From the NCBI GenBank assembly GCA_032718475.1, contig JAUCBJ010006770.1, forward strand, positions 1-44,890: a DNA stretch of 44,890 nucleotides, read 5' to 3'. This document shows positions 1 through 13,915 of this stretch, in pieces. This DNA is from Nemertoderma westbladi (taxonomy: Eukaryota; Animalia; Xenacoelomorpha). The notes below the pieces were generated by a model. It was not told the DNA's origin. It saw only the letters and a program-made list of their open reading frames with translations, and did not search any database. The first letter of the stretch is position 1. Each line of letters starts with the position of its first letter. Position numbers and translations under genes: made by a program.

Positions 1-1439
1 CTTAGATATATATATATATAGACCCCTACCTTTTCCTGTTAGTTGCCAGTACATAGTCTGATGCAGACCGGTAGGTCGAAAACGTTTACTATTGTATCTT
101 TATCTAATATAATATAACCAGCTAAAGACCCTCAATACTTTATTATTTTATCATCTTTACACTATGCTGCCGCTGGTGAATGCCTACCACTTCATCCGTT
201 CGTGCAATAAGTCCACAACGCTGAAGAGTTCGCAAAGGTAGCAGCAATTGGTAACAATGCCAATGTGATAAAATGGTTCAACATCAATAATAATTTTAAT
301 GTGTTTCACCACTCTCCCGCCATACCAGGAATATTTTCAGCGCACCATGTCAGTACCTTTCGGCCAGCAACCAGGATATGAAAGGAGGTCATTCTCAGAG
401 AATATTCGGCGTCATCCTCCACCATGGGGTGGTTCGTTTGGTTTATTGGATATTGAGGGCGATACCACAAGTGAGGGGAATGTAGCGATGCTCGCATTGA
501 TAGCCAAACTACCATTGGGGAAATCGACATGCCAAACGATCCTGCATATTCCAATAGATTAACCATTGACCAGTCTGTTTACACCATTAAAGATGACAAG
601 GGCGCATCAATGACTCTAATGACAAGGATAGCGACTTAATCAGTAGTTGCCATCCTCTATCTGACAAATTATTCAGCAGCGATGAGTACTCCAACGAATG
701 AATACAGTAAAATTTGAAAAACTATTAGTAACAATGTAAAATATGTAAAGAGTGGTACCATTGATATAAAATATGTGTTGATATTAATAATATAATACAT
801 TAATAAGAGATTCAACTCTATAACAATAACTGCTGCACTCTGTTCCTGACAGCAATGCTGTCCCTGTCAGTCAGCGACGTAATTCTTCTATTGACCAATC
901 TGTTAGAAATAAATGTACCAGTACCAGTAACGGTACTGGTAATGATAATGGTAATGGGCCTTGGGCAATGCAGTGCTACCCAACCACCTACACATTCAGA
1001 GCAGACATGGACCTTGCTTTGGTACTGAAGGCTAAACTGCAACTCACGCACCTGTCCTCTGAATCACTTTGCTGTCAACCACTACCTATGTGGCTAATGT
1101 CCTGCTACTCTGCTATGGTAATGGTAGGCCAGTCTAGTTAGAAATCGGGGTGGACAAATCCAAAGTCGTCGCTCTTTGATCTTTTGTAGTCCAACCCAAT
1201 ATATAAAAATCGGGGTGGATAATACGCCTAAAATTTAAATTTTGTCAGAAACAGCCACCCCCTTTCGGGGTGTCCGTCCACCCCCATTCTGGGTAGTGCT
1301 ACCTAACTGCTTTCGGCTGTATGGTCTTTGGGTTGTTATTTACTGTTGTATTGAGATGAGGAACAGCGATAAAGTTTTTATTTTCATAATATTATAAGTC
1401 AATTGCAAACGTTTCGGAAGTAAACAACTACCATCTTCA

Positions 1440-3291
1440 GTGCAATCAATAATAAGCGATATTTACAAAGTTACAAACATATTCATTGTACCAGCTAAGT
1501 CAAATTTGAAATTTTATTTAAATAGAACAAATTCTAATGTGAATTGGTCATCAACTTTAGAGTCACCTGAAAGTATGAGTTACTTCGATTTCCTCCGAAC
1601 AGTAAATTGTTCATACAATAAGAAAGATGACATTTTTATATACAAGAGAGTTAATTCAAATTTTCCTAGAGTTCCACACATTGTGCCCCAACAGTTTTCA
1701 GATCGTCCTGATAAATTAAATGCTTTGCAAGGATCGACATGGAGTTCTCTAAATTCTGATGACAAGCGTGCACTACAGAACCTGCGGCTAGAATGTATTG
1801 CGTTTTTTCCTTTTACTTCTTTAAGCATATTTATTGATGAGACTCTACAGGATGATATCAAATCTGGAAGGAAGGATGTAATAATGGCATACCAAAGGTT
1901 TTACGAGATGTGGATGCAGAACCTATCTGTGCGCAGCAGGCCAACTTTAAATCAAACCGAAGAATTTCAGATATCAGTCAAATGTAATGATCCTTGTTTT
2001 CATTTTCGGGTCTTCCAAAATACCTTCAAATCAGAGAGTGAACATTCAAAGTATATTACAAAGATAAAATCTCAATTCAACTGCGTTCTTCTAGAAATAG
2101 AACATGAATCTTATGGTTGTGATGAAGGTGATACTAGTAGTGGTGCTCTTCAGGATCCAACATTAGAAAACTTAGAAATAGAGAAGATTTCATTGAGTAA
2201 GTTGCTCAGCAATGATTTTGATTATGATTCCTATATAGAGCCTGAAAATATATTACGCACATGCTTTGATGAAATTCCCTGTAGACCTATATCTTCCTTT
2301 GATTCAATCAATAGATATTAATTCCACAGAGTATTCTGCAGTATTATCATCATGGAAGGAATTGCAAAATTCTTCAAAGACATTTATGGGCGGTCCTTCT
2401 CGTGATGAAGGTGGATTACATATTTTGGATCCATATCAACAGTTTGCTGTCGATTTGATGTGTAATGATGAGGTTAATGGTGTGCCTTCCGTGAAAACGC
2501 TCTTCTTACATGGGCCCGGTGGATCAGGTAAGACTGAAGTCATAAAACGGATATATCATATACTGGGTGAATCAAAGGTTTTACTTCATGTTATTAGTGG
2601 AGTGGCAGCTGCAAACCTCCATTACTCCACCTTAGAGGGTTTTTATGGTATCTATAATGGTAAAACTTTATGGGACAACAATCCTAGCAAAATATCCAAT
2701 CGACAGACCCAAATTAAAGAGTTCCTACAAGATGTTAAAGTAGTCATTGTAGATGAAATTTCAATGGCATCACCAGTAACCTTAGCACTGTTGGACAGTT
2801 CTTTACAACATGCGACAGGAAAGTATGGTCAGCTGTGGGGTGGCAAAAAAGCGATGTTTGTTGGTGACATTGGCCAACTCCCCCCAGTGTTATCCCATGC
2901 ACTTTGGGATTCGCCACCGAACCTGTTGGATACAACTCCTCCTAGTCGAGGAGCCAGAGCTAAGGCACCATCTCATTTAGGCCATAAACTTTACCAAACG
3001 GAGATACGACCAAATGTCATATGTTTGAATAATGTGTATCGATCCGATAGCCAACTAGCTAGTATTGAGGGGCGAATACGCACAGGAGATCAAACATTAA
3101 CAGACTATTGTGGAGTTTTTAAGGCAATGAACACACTGGGTACCCACCCCACGCGACATAATTTAGGAATTGAACCTGTATCACTACTGTATGATAATAG
3201 TACAAGAATGTTTAGAAATGCGCGAGCTTGTGTAGATGAGATTTGCTTCCACAATGTTCCATTATTCTTATCAATTGCCAACTTGTTTTGA
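1440..3291 (+). pseudogene. Pif1-family (SF1B) helicase fragment with upstream linker, Helitron RepHel-like; frameshifted and truncated
   Basis: ORF 2266-3291 has Walker A HGPGGSGKT, VIVDEISM, FVGDIGQLPPV and LNNVYRS, the Pif1 motif series; motifs V/VI are absent. Overlapping ORF 1440-2321 is in another frame and looks like the Rep-helicase linker. No HUH Rep motifs seen. Confidence 0.8.
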
Positions 3292-6200
3292 TTATTGAGA
3301 GGCAGCAAATTTAACTGATGCCAGGGTATCAGAAATTTATTTTGCGATAATAACATTTGGCGAATTTTATTTAATATTTACTGCATCCAAACATATCAAT
3401 TTGTAGAACGGCTGCTTATTGCATCAGCCGGAATAATATTCGTTTCCTAATATTTTGTAATATGGTTATACTGACTTAGCCACATACTCAGCTTTCCTAA
3501 ATGTCTGTGTATTAGGTTTTATACCAAATAACTTCGACATTTAATTCATCATGAAAAGTTTGTAGCTCTAGCCGTTTTGGCATGACTATTACAGATTCAC
3601 TCTGTAGTCTATGAAATTAACATCGCACTAAATGTCAGACCACCAAGGGATTTTATTTACCGCCTTTGATTTACTTAAAATGCTTGTGGCAGAATCTAAC
3701 ACACGTCCTATGTAGAATGATTTATTTGTGTTTCTATTAGGATTGACAGATTACTTCGATTTTCAAGACTTTTGCGGATAAAATTAATAATGTATTTCAA
3801 TGGGGCTGTTCTGTTATTTATTGTTAATTATGAAATTTTTAATTATATAATCTCTCTTTATGTGATAAGTTAGAATTATGCGTTAGGACCATATTGTCAA
3901 AATTATATTGGTGAATAATTTAAATTAACTAACTATTTATGATGTACTACACTAAAATATTCATACGCGGTAATCTCATTGACCAATGGCTCATCGCCTG
4001 TTAACTATTTGTATCAATTGCTCCATAATTATTTTGCCTTCCTTCAACTTCACAATTTGCAAACGGATGAGCCATACATTTAAAACTAAATTATTATAAA
4101 TTTATTGTAATGTAAATATATTACATTTATATTACTTATTATATTACATATATTACATAATTATTAGTATATTTAATTTTATCTTTCAACACCATAATAT
4201 ATCTTCCTCGATGTGTTTTTAATTCAACGGGCGGGCTCTCAACCGATCATCCATGACGTAGTTAGGAAAATCTTCTCCTCTCGATGAAGGGCGCCAAGCC
4301 ACGGTGACAGGTATACGGGGAAGCAGTGTGTGACGTTAAACCGTTACTTGAGCACAGTGCGGCACGTAGCGTTACATTACTGGGGTTATTATATAGCAGG
4401 GCGTTTGGGTGTCATATGTATGTATGGGGTTGTTTAAGGTAAATTAGTCCGTGATTGTGTTAGTTGTATATATTTCGGTAAGTGTTGGTTAATCCGTCTG
4501 TTTAGTTTTGTAAATTTTATTTAATCTTTATAAATCTAAGTCTGCCTTTGTTGTATCATCACATCCCTTTCTTTCCTTTCATATTTCATATCCCAGATTC
4601 TACATCCCCCTTTTTCTTCTCACATCCCACATCCTATCTTCTTATCTTATTCTACTGTCGGGTTGTGACATGGTTTCTGTGTGTCTGTTGTGCAAGTGTA
4701 AAAATTAGATGGACACCTAAGTGTGTTCTTTACACTAAGTTCACGGCACCTAGTTAGGACCATTAGTTTCACAACTTCAGACTAATTTGTGTTATTTAGT
4801 TTGCAGTTTTATTAGGGGATTTAGACGGGAAGGATTCTATTTTACGCTAAGGGCCGGGAACTCGTAAGTGCTTGAACCTTTCTACCTGTTGACTGCTTTC
4901 ATATGACCACTTGACCTCGACTTATCACTACAGTACTTGTCTCTCCCATATGCGTGTGACTTGAGTTACATTTTAACAGTTTATAACTGCACTATGACAT
5001 CGGCTCAGATTTATATTTAAAGGCTTTTACTTTTACTTGGACAACAGATCGGGTTTTCTTGCGTGTGTGTGTCCGTAGTCCGTGAATTCTTCCTGCTATA
5101 ATAGCGGTACTATTCAGCCATTATTTGTCACCACTCTCTCTCTTTTGGCTAAATTATTAAGTTGCGTAATTTTCGTTTGTCAGAATTATTATTGTAAATG
5201 CACATTGCATCCGCGCGACTGGCAATCGCGCCTTTCGTCCTATTGGTTTATTAGGGAGCTATTTGATCGTATTAGTTTGTCGTTTATACATATGTGCCCT
5301 TCGGGGGGTTTATTGCAAATTGTTAGGCAAGAACCTTGATAGCAAAATCGGCACATGTTTGGATGTATTACGAAACAACATCGATCGATGATGTATTATA
5401 CATTGATACAGCATTGATACATTTCACATTGATACAACAATAGAATTGCTGTGATAAAAACTTACAGCGAGTTTTGTGCATTTAATATAGTTTTGACTGG
5501 TGGATTTTAGCGCCAAGTTGGTTAGTGGGGCTGTACCCATAAGGACAGTCTCGTGTTTCGGCAAAATTGTAGTGACGTCAGTAGTTTTACTTGAGGCTGA
5601 ATTGTTTATTTTAACCGAGTTACGACTTACAGGGACGTTGGACGACGTAGCTGATAACAAGATTCGCCGACAGTCGACAAGTTTGGTACGATTGGATGGA
5701 ATAGAACATCCTCATCATTGGTACGCGACGGAGGTTGTTGACGTCTCTTGGGGTAAGTTGCGTTGCTACCGGTGTACTTGTGAGCCTTGCAAAAGTGAAA
5801 GTAATTCAGTTTCACCCAAGTAAAAATGTAAAGTCACAATTTAAAATGTGCTTAATTTAATAAATTAAATTAAATCCCCAAATATATATCGGGATTGAAG
5901 GTTTCCTGAACTAAGTCAGATTGCTTGATCGTGTTGGGAGCCATATCATACAATTGTTTATTTATTTTTTATATACCATACCATAACTTGAACAATTTGA
6001 CTTGATAATTCCGTTAAAATAAAATTCGAATAAAGTTATTTGAAATTAAAATTTTGACTAGAAATTTTAGAAATTTATCCCTGCTATATGCAGCCAACAT
6101 TTCGATAAAATTTAGAACAATTTAGAATTTCAACACTCGGTGGAAACACCAGAAAACTTTAACAGGTAAGTAAGTGGGTATGTCGGACTTATAAGATTGT

Positions 6201-6329
6201 GAGTCAGACTTACCTTCCACCCAAATACTCTCGTGTGCTGGAAGTTCATCCCAGCAGTCAGACGAAATCAGGAGTGACGACGGACAGCAACAGCCAGGAT
6301 CGCCATCCGTAACTTGTGTTTTCCCGAGT

Positions 6330-6959
6330 CAGTCAGGAAGTCTCTGGCGTGGAGGCAGCTGGGAGAGACTCATTAAGTCTATTAAACTAGCCTTCTACAA
6401 GACAATGCCGACACATAAAGTATTGACAGATGACGAATTGGTCACACTCTTTGTAGAGATAGAACACATTTTAAACTCTAGACCAATTGCAATGATACCG
6501 GACACTGACGATACTGTAATCGCACTGACTCCGAATTATCTGTTGATGCAATGTCCGACTCCTTTGGTTCCACATTCGTTCCCACAAGACAGTGACTTGT
6601 ACAGTAGACGAGCGAGGAAGGTGACACAATTACTAGCTGGCAGGTTTTGGGATCTATGGCGAACGTATTATTTGCCATCCAAAACCGCCAGGACTAAATG
6701 GTATGAGCAGTGTAGAAACCTATGCAAGGGTGATCACGTGCTGCTCGCAGAGGCCAATATTAGACGGAGACATTGGATGACTGGGGTTGTCATAGCAACA
6801 TACCCAGACGTTAATGGTGTCATCCGAACAGTCAAAGTTAGAACATTAAATCAAGAAGTTGTTGTGCGTCCAGTGCAACAACTGGTCCTGCTTGAGGAGT
6901 CTCGCTGTGAAACTGGATATTATTCTATCCCCAGCAAGAAAGCGAGAAAATCAAAATGA
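6330..6959 (+). mobile_element. BEL/Pao LTR retrotransposon integrase C-terminal fragment
   Basis: Frame reads WRGGSWERLIKSIK upstream of the listed ORF, then EHILNSRPI, ALTPNYLL, FWDLWRTYYL, GVIRTVKVRT, RPVQQLV, all typical of the BEL/Pao integrase tail. G-rich PPT-like TGGGGCGGGC at 7041-7050. Confidence 0.9.
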
Positions 6960-7564
6960 TGTTCACGTAAGTGAACATTGAATTTCAGAAACCTTGTCAT
7001 CAAAGGAGAAATATTGATGCCGGTAAGTCATATTTCCCATTGGGGCGGGCTTTTTGGATACTGAAATTCAAGAATCAAACAGTTAGAGATGTTGTGCTAA
7101 CTACTAAGAGTTCAAATAAATATTATAAAATATTTTCTATTTAAAATTATTTATGTCCGATAAATAATACAAGTAGAAAAATTAGGAATAGAAACTGAAA
7201 CTTTCACACCGCTTGGCTTGGAGTGCATCGTGAGTAATCTAACTTGCTTAAATGTTGATAACGTTGCCTAGCAATGAGATGGATGTGACGTCCGAAGGCG
7301 AATCTAATTATCAAGCTTTCTTCTTGACAATGCTTGCTTTCTTTCTTTCTTGATTTTCTTATTTACTGCTTCTTCTTTCTAGGGAGAGTACTTTCTAGTA
7401 AGATTAAAATTGGGACAGCGTCAGAATCCTATAACACGCTTCTACGTGGTAATCTGGGTAATCGTAACCAGGTGAGGCAATGCATTACTGCATGTACCTG
7501 GAACCTGTCGTGGCGTGAATGATAATTGAAAAATTGAAACTGATTCCTCAACTAATTTCGCACT

Positions 7565-7790
7565 ATTCATTGGCTACGAATTATATATCCATATTCATTG
7601 GCTACGAATTATATATCCATATTCATTGGCTACAAATTATATATCCATATTCATTGGCTACGAATAATATATCCATATTCATTGGCTACAAATTATATAT
7701 CCATATTCATTGGCTACGAATTATATATCCATATTCATTGGCTACGAATTATATATCCATATTTATTGGCTACGATTTTTTTCATTGGCA
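7565..7790. repeat. Minisatellite, 28-bp unit TATTCATTGGCTACGAATTATATATCCA, about 8 copies
   Basis: Read directly; TGGCTAC recurs at 7571, 7599 and onward with period 28. It explains the repetitive ORFs 7519-7860 and 7598-7834. Confidence 0.95.
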
Positions 7791-8204
7791 TGTTAAATAC
7801 AGATTTGTGTATTATGTATGTAGCAAATCAATAGTGTACGTCCCTTTAACAAAGGGTTGATGATAATTATATATTAATTCATGTAAACTTGAAATATTTA
7901 CTTGAAGGTTCTAATAATAATTACCTTTTGTATTCTTGAAATATTTAGTTTGATTTTAATAATAATAATATTTTCTACGTGCATGGCTATGGTTATAATA
8001 TTTTATCTTTAATTTGTATTAGTAAAGAGTCTAGGTATAAAACTAGGTTTCACTATGTCTGTGCCAAAATATTCCATGATTTATAGACTATGAGATAGAA
8101 TTCCATATGCGCCTGTGGTAAAAGACTCTAAATTTAATAGTTTGTGGTTGTTGTCGATAATCGATTACCACATGACGTAGCAAAACACTCATTTTATAGC
8201 CAAA

Positions 8205-8750
8205 AACAATTACCAATTGATGGAAAGGAGCAGGTTAAGGCCGGATTTTCTAACCAAAACAATAAACAGTCACTTTACCAAATCAGGAAAAGGAGCAGGT
8301 TACAGAGGCGGGATTTTCTAACCAAAACAATAAAAAATCATTTAACTAATTGAGGGAAAGGAGCAGGTTACAGAGACGGGATCTTCTAACCAAAACAATA
8401 AACGATAACATTACCAATTGAGAGAAAGGAACAGGTTACAGATGCGGGATTTTCTAACCAAAACAATAAACAGTCACTTTACCAAATCAGGGAAAGGAGC
8501 AGGTTACAGAGACGGGATTTTCTAACCAAAACAATAAACGATAACATTACCAATTGAGAGAAAGGAGCAGGTTACAGAGGCGGGATTTCCTAACCAAAAC
8601 AATAAACGATCACTTAATTAATTGAGGGAAAGGATCAGGTTACAGAGGCGGGACTTTCTAACCAAAACAATAAACGGTGACTTTACCAAATCAGGCAAAG
8701 GAGCAGGTTTCAGATTTTCTAACCACGCGGGATTTTCTAACCAAAACAAC
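8205..8750. repeat. Minisatellite, ~68-bp unit, about 8 copies
   Basis: AGGAGCAGGTTACAGAGGCGGGATTTTCTAACCAAAACAATAAA (with variants) recurs at 8291, 8359, 8427, 8495, 8563 and 8631. Confidence 0.95.
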
Positions 8751-10523
8751 CGGTCAGCCGGTAGGCCTACCAGTACCGTATTTAAATGGTAGGCTACACA
8801 GTAGGCCTACAGCAGTACCGGTGCCGGTACCGGTACTAAAATACAGAAATGCCTGCTTTATACCTACATCTGTACATACAATACAGCAAAATAGTCCTAT
8901 ATATACTAATACCGGTACTGATAGCCTGAGAGAACAGCAGTAGAGAAACCGGTAGCATGGAACCTAACATTAGATTTTTAGAGGACATAAAAAATAAAAA
9001 AAAAAAGACAAAAAAAGGATTTAAACGGACAATAGAAATTATTTCGTAATTCACCATACAGCCATAGTTAGTTAGTTAGTTATTTTTATTGACATCCTTA
9101 TACAATTATAAAGTAAACACATCAATCAGCCAATATCTCCAAACAATAAAGGGTAGTTCAAATAGCCAAATATAAGATAGTAAATAAATCAAAATAATAC
9201 TATTAAATTATCGATATCTTTACAGTGTGAACACTAGTCCTACATATTCAATAGCAACTGATCGTGGTTAGTAACAACTAAATAATGAAAATAATAAAAC
9301 CGCCGCACTTTACTCTAAATAATTTATTTATCGTTATAATTAACAACTACTGTAGTAATAAAGATATACTCAATCCTCAATAATAATACATAAATAATAC
9401 TCAATAATAATACATAAATAATACTCAATAATAAGTTTCGACTAAAAGCTAAGTGCCATTATACTTTAAATTTCGAGGGCATCCAAAACTTATTTTATAT
9501 AGGAAAGGCACTAGTGTGTATCCCCGTTTTTAAATACCGTCTTAGCAGATGAATAATTTATGAGTTATATATTTTGCTCTGAGGTTTTCTAGAATAGGAC
9601 ATTAACAGATTACATGGGCCTCAGTTAACAGATTACATGGGTCTTAGTCTGTGTATAGCGCCGCACTTACATATTCTACGATTATACGGTACCCGGTTCC
9701 ACCGACCAATCTTAACGCAGAGGTTGGTCGACAAAAGTCGGAATCGTGAAGAATATATTATATTATATTTATATTATATATATTATAAAGAATTCTTTTT
9801 TTAAGTTACCTCTTTCATACAATAACTTCCTACCTCTTAGAGAGGCAGTTTCGTTATAAATACATACAGCTACAATGTTCTCTTTTCACTACCTAATTAC
9901 GATGTTTCTGATCTCGCTATATTTTGTTTATGTCTAAATATCAAGGGGTTCTAAACTACGTAGTTCTAAAACGCCTTGCTCGATATTATTCAATATAACC
10001 TGGCAGTCCTATAGACCTATGTCAGACTGTAAAGTCTTTCAGAAAAACTTTCAGACTGTAAAGTCTGAAAGTGTAAAATAACAACAGGAAGTTTGGTGTA
10101 TTTCACACCACATGGCCAATAATTTTCAGTCAAACAGGTTCACTTCAAAATGCCACTTTTAATTTACTTCCTGTCTGACGATCGGATACTGGTAAATTTC
10201 ACTGGCTGGGCTGCTCTACTTCATATCATTTTTTTATTCCTCTCCAGCGTCTCCAGGGGAAAATCAACGCAAATAACAGTTGATTACTCTCAAAAATATA
10301 ACTTTTACCTTTTCTATTGACTACTGTTTATTGTTTTTTTTAGAATGACGTGTCACTGTAATCTGCTCCTTTCCTTTAATTAATTGATAAGTCTGAACAC
10401 CAACCTGACTGAAATGCGGAAAATTTATATTATTATCCAACTAAATTGTTTAGTTTAGTTTCCATTATTCATACGGTACCGCTACAAATGATATTTCTAT
10501 AAGTGATTAATTTTTAGTTCTAG

Positions 10524-10764
10524 TTGCCTACGTGGGGGACGTCGTTGATGATGTTGCCCCAGTATCGGGAAAAGATGTTCCGATACGGGTATACACTTTG
10601 TGCGATGGTGAGGTGCAGTGCACCCTAACGTTATGGGAGCCGGGGAAGTTTACCGAATCGAGGTTTAATGTTCACAAAGGAAGCATTGTTGAACTACGGC
10701 ATTTGAAAATCCGCCACTACCAGGGTGTAAAAACCCTGTATAGCACCGGCGGACGACTGGGAAA
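10524..10764 (+). CDS. Probable coding exon for an OB-fold ssDNA-binding domain (RPA1/SSB-like)
   Basis: Acceptor TTTTTAGTTCTAG ends at 10523 and donor GTAAGG starts at 10765. Peptide IRVYTLCDGEVQCTLTLW...KGSIVELRHLKIRHYQGVKTLYST fits the RPA-type OB-fold pattern. Confidence 0.6.
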
Positions 10765-11159
10765 GTAAGGTTTTTTTTGTAAAAGTAATGATTCAAATTT
10801 ACTAGTAGGTCTAGTTTACAACGCCGTAAGTCATACAACGCCATCAGAAGTGAGAAGGTGTGTGTCGGAGCCTCACCAGGCACCAGAGTAGTTCAGTTTT
10901 AGTTAAGCTGTTAACAATTCTAAAGTACTACCATCCCCAGGAACCCAGCTTCAATAATTAATTGGTACATGGCTCCAGGTAAAGTATAGAAAGGGGGAGT
11001 AAGTAAAATAGTTGGATAGTGAGAGTATTTAACCTTGGGAGTTAGTGTGACGCCATCAATGCTTTTAAGGTAAACGTTAAGAGAGAGGAGTCTTGAGGTT
11101 GCCTCAGTCAGTAGTGGATTATATTTAAGATTGCAGCAATTTGTAAGTTAAATTGTATA

Positions 11160-11900
11160 GAATTGCCTATGAAATTGCAGCCAAAAGACAACTTCATCAT
11201 AAACGCTAAGTACAGGAAATATAACTTAGATATTGTCCCGTAGTTCTTTGGATCAGTAAATTCTATAAAGTTTTTTTTTTACATATTGTAAATTAATAGG
11301 AAGGACATTGTTTCTGATGTGAAATACAGTAGTAAGCTGAGTTCAAATATGTTTTCACAATTTTTCTGAAGTTTCCCCGCACTCAAGAATCAGTACATTA
11401 ACGACAAAATCACCATGAACATTGGCTAATCACTGATGCTCCTTATACACTAAAAACCACAGTATGTTGGGAGCTAAAGTTACTACGAACAATGAAAATA
11501 TTGAAAATGTGCAGTCAATTTTTTTTTCACAAAAATGATTAATTTAATGAACCGTGCAGCCATTTTCCTTCTTATACATGGCATTGTATGTTCAGTAATA
11601 GGTCAACTCGAATATTTAAAATTGCCGCTATTTGTTTGTTAATAGTATAAAGCATGGCTCATAAATTTGCAGCAAAATGACACTTCGTTAAAAATCTAGG
11701 TACAGCAAGATACAGTAGTATTGTAGATACATACTATTCATAGGCTTACAAAGCTTACAAAGGCTTAAAGTTTATCTTTAATATTGTCAAATATAGGAAG
11801 TAATAGAAGTATGGATATTATGATGTGAAATACTAAGCTGAGTCTAAATATGTTGTCAGCATTCTTATAAGGTTCCCGTACTAAAACTGATTAAACATGA
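11160..11900. repeat. Diverged local tandem duplication (~0.5 kb period)
   Basis: Shared blocks: TTGCAGC..AA..GACA.. near 11175 and 11666; TGATGTGAAATAC...TAAGCTGAGT..AAATATGTT near 11315 and 11821. Confidence 0.5.
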
Positions 11901-12740
11901 AAACCGAAATTAAATCACCATTACAAGAAAGACCCCATAATAATCTCTTACATTGGGCGACGGTGTGCCTCTTTATTGATTGTTAGGCAGAGCGATCAAC
12001 ATTGGCAAACAATCAATATTATTTAAAACGTTAAAACGGACATCGGAAATAGATGAGGAAATTCCCAAGAAGCAAAAATTTCAGGTCGCTGGTGTACTGT
12101 ACTATGTTATTATTATCGTTTTTGACTGACAGAAATAATGACAATCCCTCAATCATTATAATTAACATCGGAAATGATAACCCGGGCCAGGAAAACCCAG
12201 ATATAAATAATCTTAGTTAGGACTTACAAATAAGGATACACAACACATCTACTGTAGGCCCCTCCTCCAGTATTCATATCTTAGTTCTCTCATAACAGTA
12301 ATACCTAATGCAGCACATACATTAGTTCAATATTTTATGCAGCCATTGTTGTGAAAATAAGCGGCAGCCAATAAGCCATTATTTATACAAGAATATCTAC
12401 ATAATTCAGCAAAATATCTATATAATTCACCAAAATGTATATAACGAGATAATAATTGACCCAAAAATTTAAATTGCAGCCACTGTAGTAACCAGGCTTT
12501 TTGCAGCCAAAAGAATGCGGATGTTTTAGAAAGACCATATGGCTACATCCAGATTCCAGGGGTTATGGGATTTTCACCAACCATATTTCATATAAACAAA
12601 ATCATAACTTATAAAACACATCCACCATGGCCATTAACTCAGTAGGCTAGTTATTTTCATTTTCAGAGGATATTATTAGTAGCATAGCATCGTAGACTGT
12701 AATAGCAATCATTATGGACGTGGTTACGACGATGGACGAG

Positions 12741-13012
12741 CGCGGTAGCTCAATTTGCTCAATTTGCAGTAGCTAAGGCGGGGTAGGTCATTTGGTTGAG
12801 CGCCGGGCCTGCAATCTAATGGTTGTAGGTTCAGCCCCGCCAGGGTCCACTCAGCCTTTCATCCACTGGGGTCGATAAAATGAGTACCAGTTAAATAACT
12901 GGGAGCAAAATTTGGGATAGGAATAGCGCCCACCCCTACCCTCGGGTAGCAGCTATCGAAAGAGGAGCCTTCGGGTCGCCTCCGGCTTCGGCCGACTGTT
13001 TGCTTTTGCTTG
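12741..13012 (+). mobile_element. tRNA-derived SINE with Deu/Nin-like central domain
   Basis: Perfect 16-bp TSD TACGACGATGGACGAG (12725-12740 and 13013-13028). tRNA-like head with B-box-like GGTTCAGCCC, core ACTCAGCCTTTCATCC...GATAAAATGAGTACC and simple-repeat tail (TTTGC)n. Confidence 0.85.
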
Positions 13013-13219
13013 TACGACGATGGACGAGTTACCAAAGATGAGTTTAGAACCTCTTGTCAATGGGGCTATCGGCAGCTTTGTGCAAGGTATGTCAGTAAGT
13101 TACAATGTGTATCATTTAATGTTTAACTCTGCAGTCGGTAATGGTAAAAAAATATCAAAACTTGAAAAATATCACGAGTAAAAATATTGCAAGTACCGAT
13201 GACATGGGAAAGTTAAAAT

Positions 13220-13380
13220 TTGTAATGATATTTTAATTTAAAATCTGTAATGATATTTTAATTTAAAATCTGTAATAATCTTTTAATTTAAAATCTGTAA
13301 TGATATTTTAATTTAAAATATTGCGAAACAATTGCGACCTGGACAATTGCGACCTGGACAATTGCGACCCGGACAATTGC
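13220..13380. repeat. Two short tandem arrays (25-bp TGTAATGATATTTTAATTTAAAATC x4; 15-bp ACAATTGCGACCTGG x3-4)
   Basis: Read directly from the sequence. Confidence 0.85.
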
Positions 13381-13724
13381 TTCTTCAATTCTTTACAGTT
13401 CTTTTCAGTGTTCTGATCCTCGTGGCTTTATTTTCACTCACCCACTAACGTTCGTTTGTGTAACAAAGCCACTCGGATCATCACATTGTAAAGTGCTACT
13501 TTACACACAAGTACCGTATGTAAATAGTACAGTAGTAATTAATTTAAAAACTGCAATGATATTTTAATTTAAAATCTGTAAATAAATATGAATTTGGTTA
13601 AGAAATACACAAATACCTTCGATATGTATGGCCGAAAGTAGCAAGGTTTGGAATCCACTTGAAACTATTTAATTATACACATTCTAGAAACCTGTAAATA
13701 ATAATATTACTAGAAAGCTAGCTG

Positions 13725-13915
13725 TGCTTTTTTCAGAAGAACCGAGGACCTCATATCCACTCAGCCCATAGAAAGAGTTTAATGGGGGGGGGGGGGGGGG
13801 GGGGGGGCTTTTTTCAGAAGAACCGAGGACCTCATACCCACTCAGCTATAGAAAGTCTTTAATGGGGGGGGGGGGGGGGGTGTGTGCTTTTTTCAGAAGA
13901 ACCGAGGACCTCATA
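13725..13915. repeat. Three copies of GCTTTTTTCAGAAGAACCGAGGACCTCAT separated by long poly-G runs
   Basis: Units near 13726, 13807 and 13886; G runs at about 13784-13807 and 13864-13880. Confidence 0.85.

Noticed and set aside
170-620. Coding-looking segment (ORFs 299-562 and 306-566)
   Set aside because: No motif I can recognise in the frames examined; needs tBLASTx or HHpred.
4200-5900. Possible LTR/5' UTR of a retroelement
   Set aside because: Composition is suggestive, but no paired LTR, clear PBS or gag similarity was found.
8205-8750. CRISPR-like appearance (conserved ~48 bp plus variable ~20 bp)
   Set aside because: The variable parts are three related, recurring variants rather than unique spacers; eukaryotic context with no cas genes. 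It is a minisatellite.
12777-12850. tRNA gene (also 30320-30395)
   Set aside because: Degenerate cloverleaf followed by a SINE core, tail and TSD; these are SINE heads.
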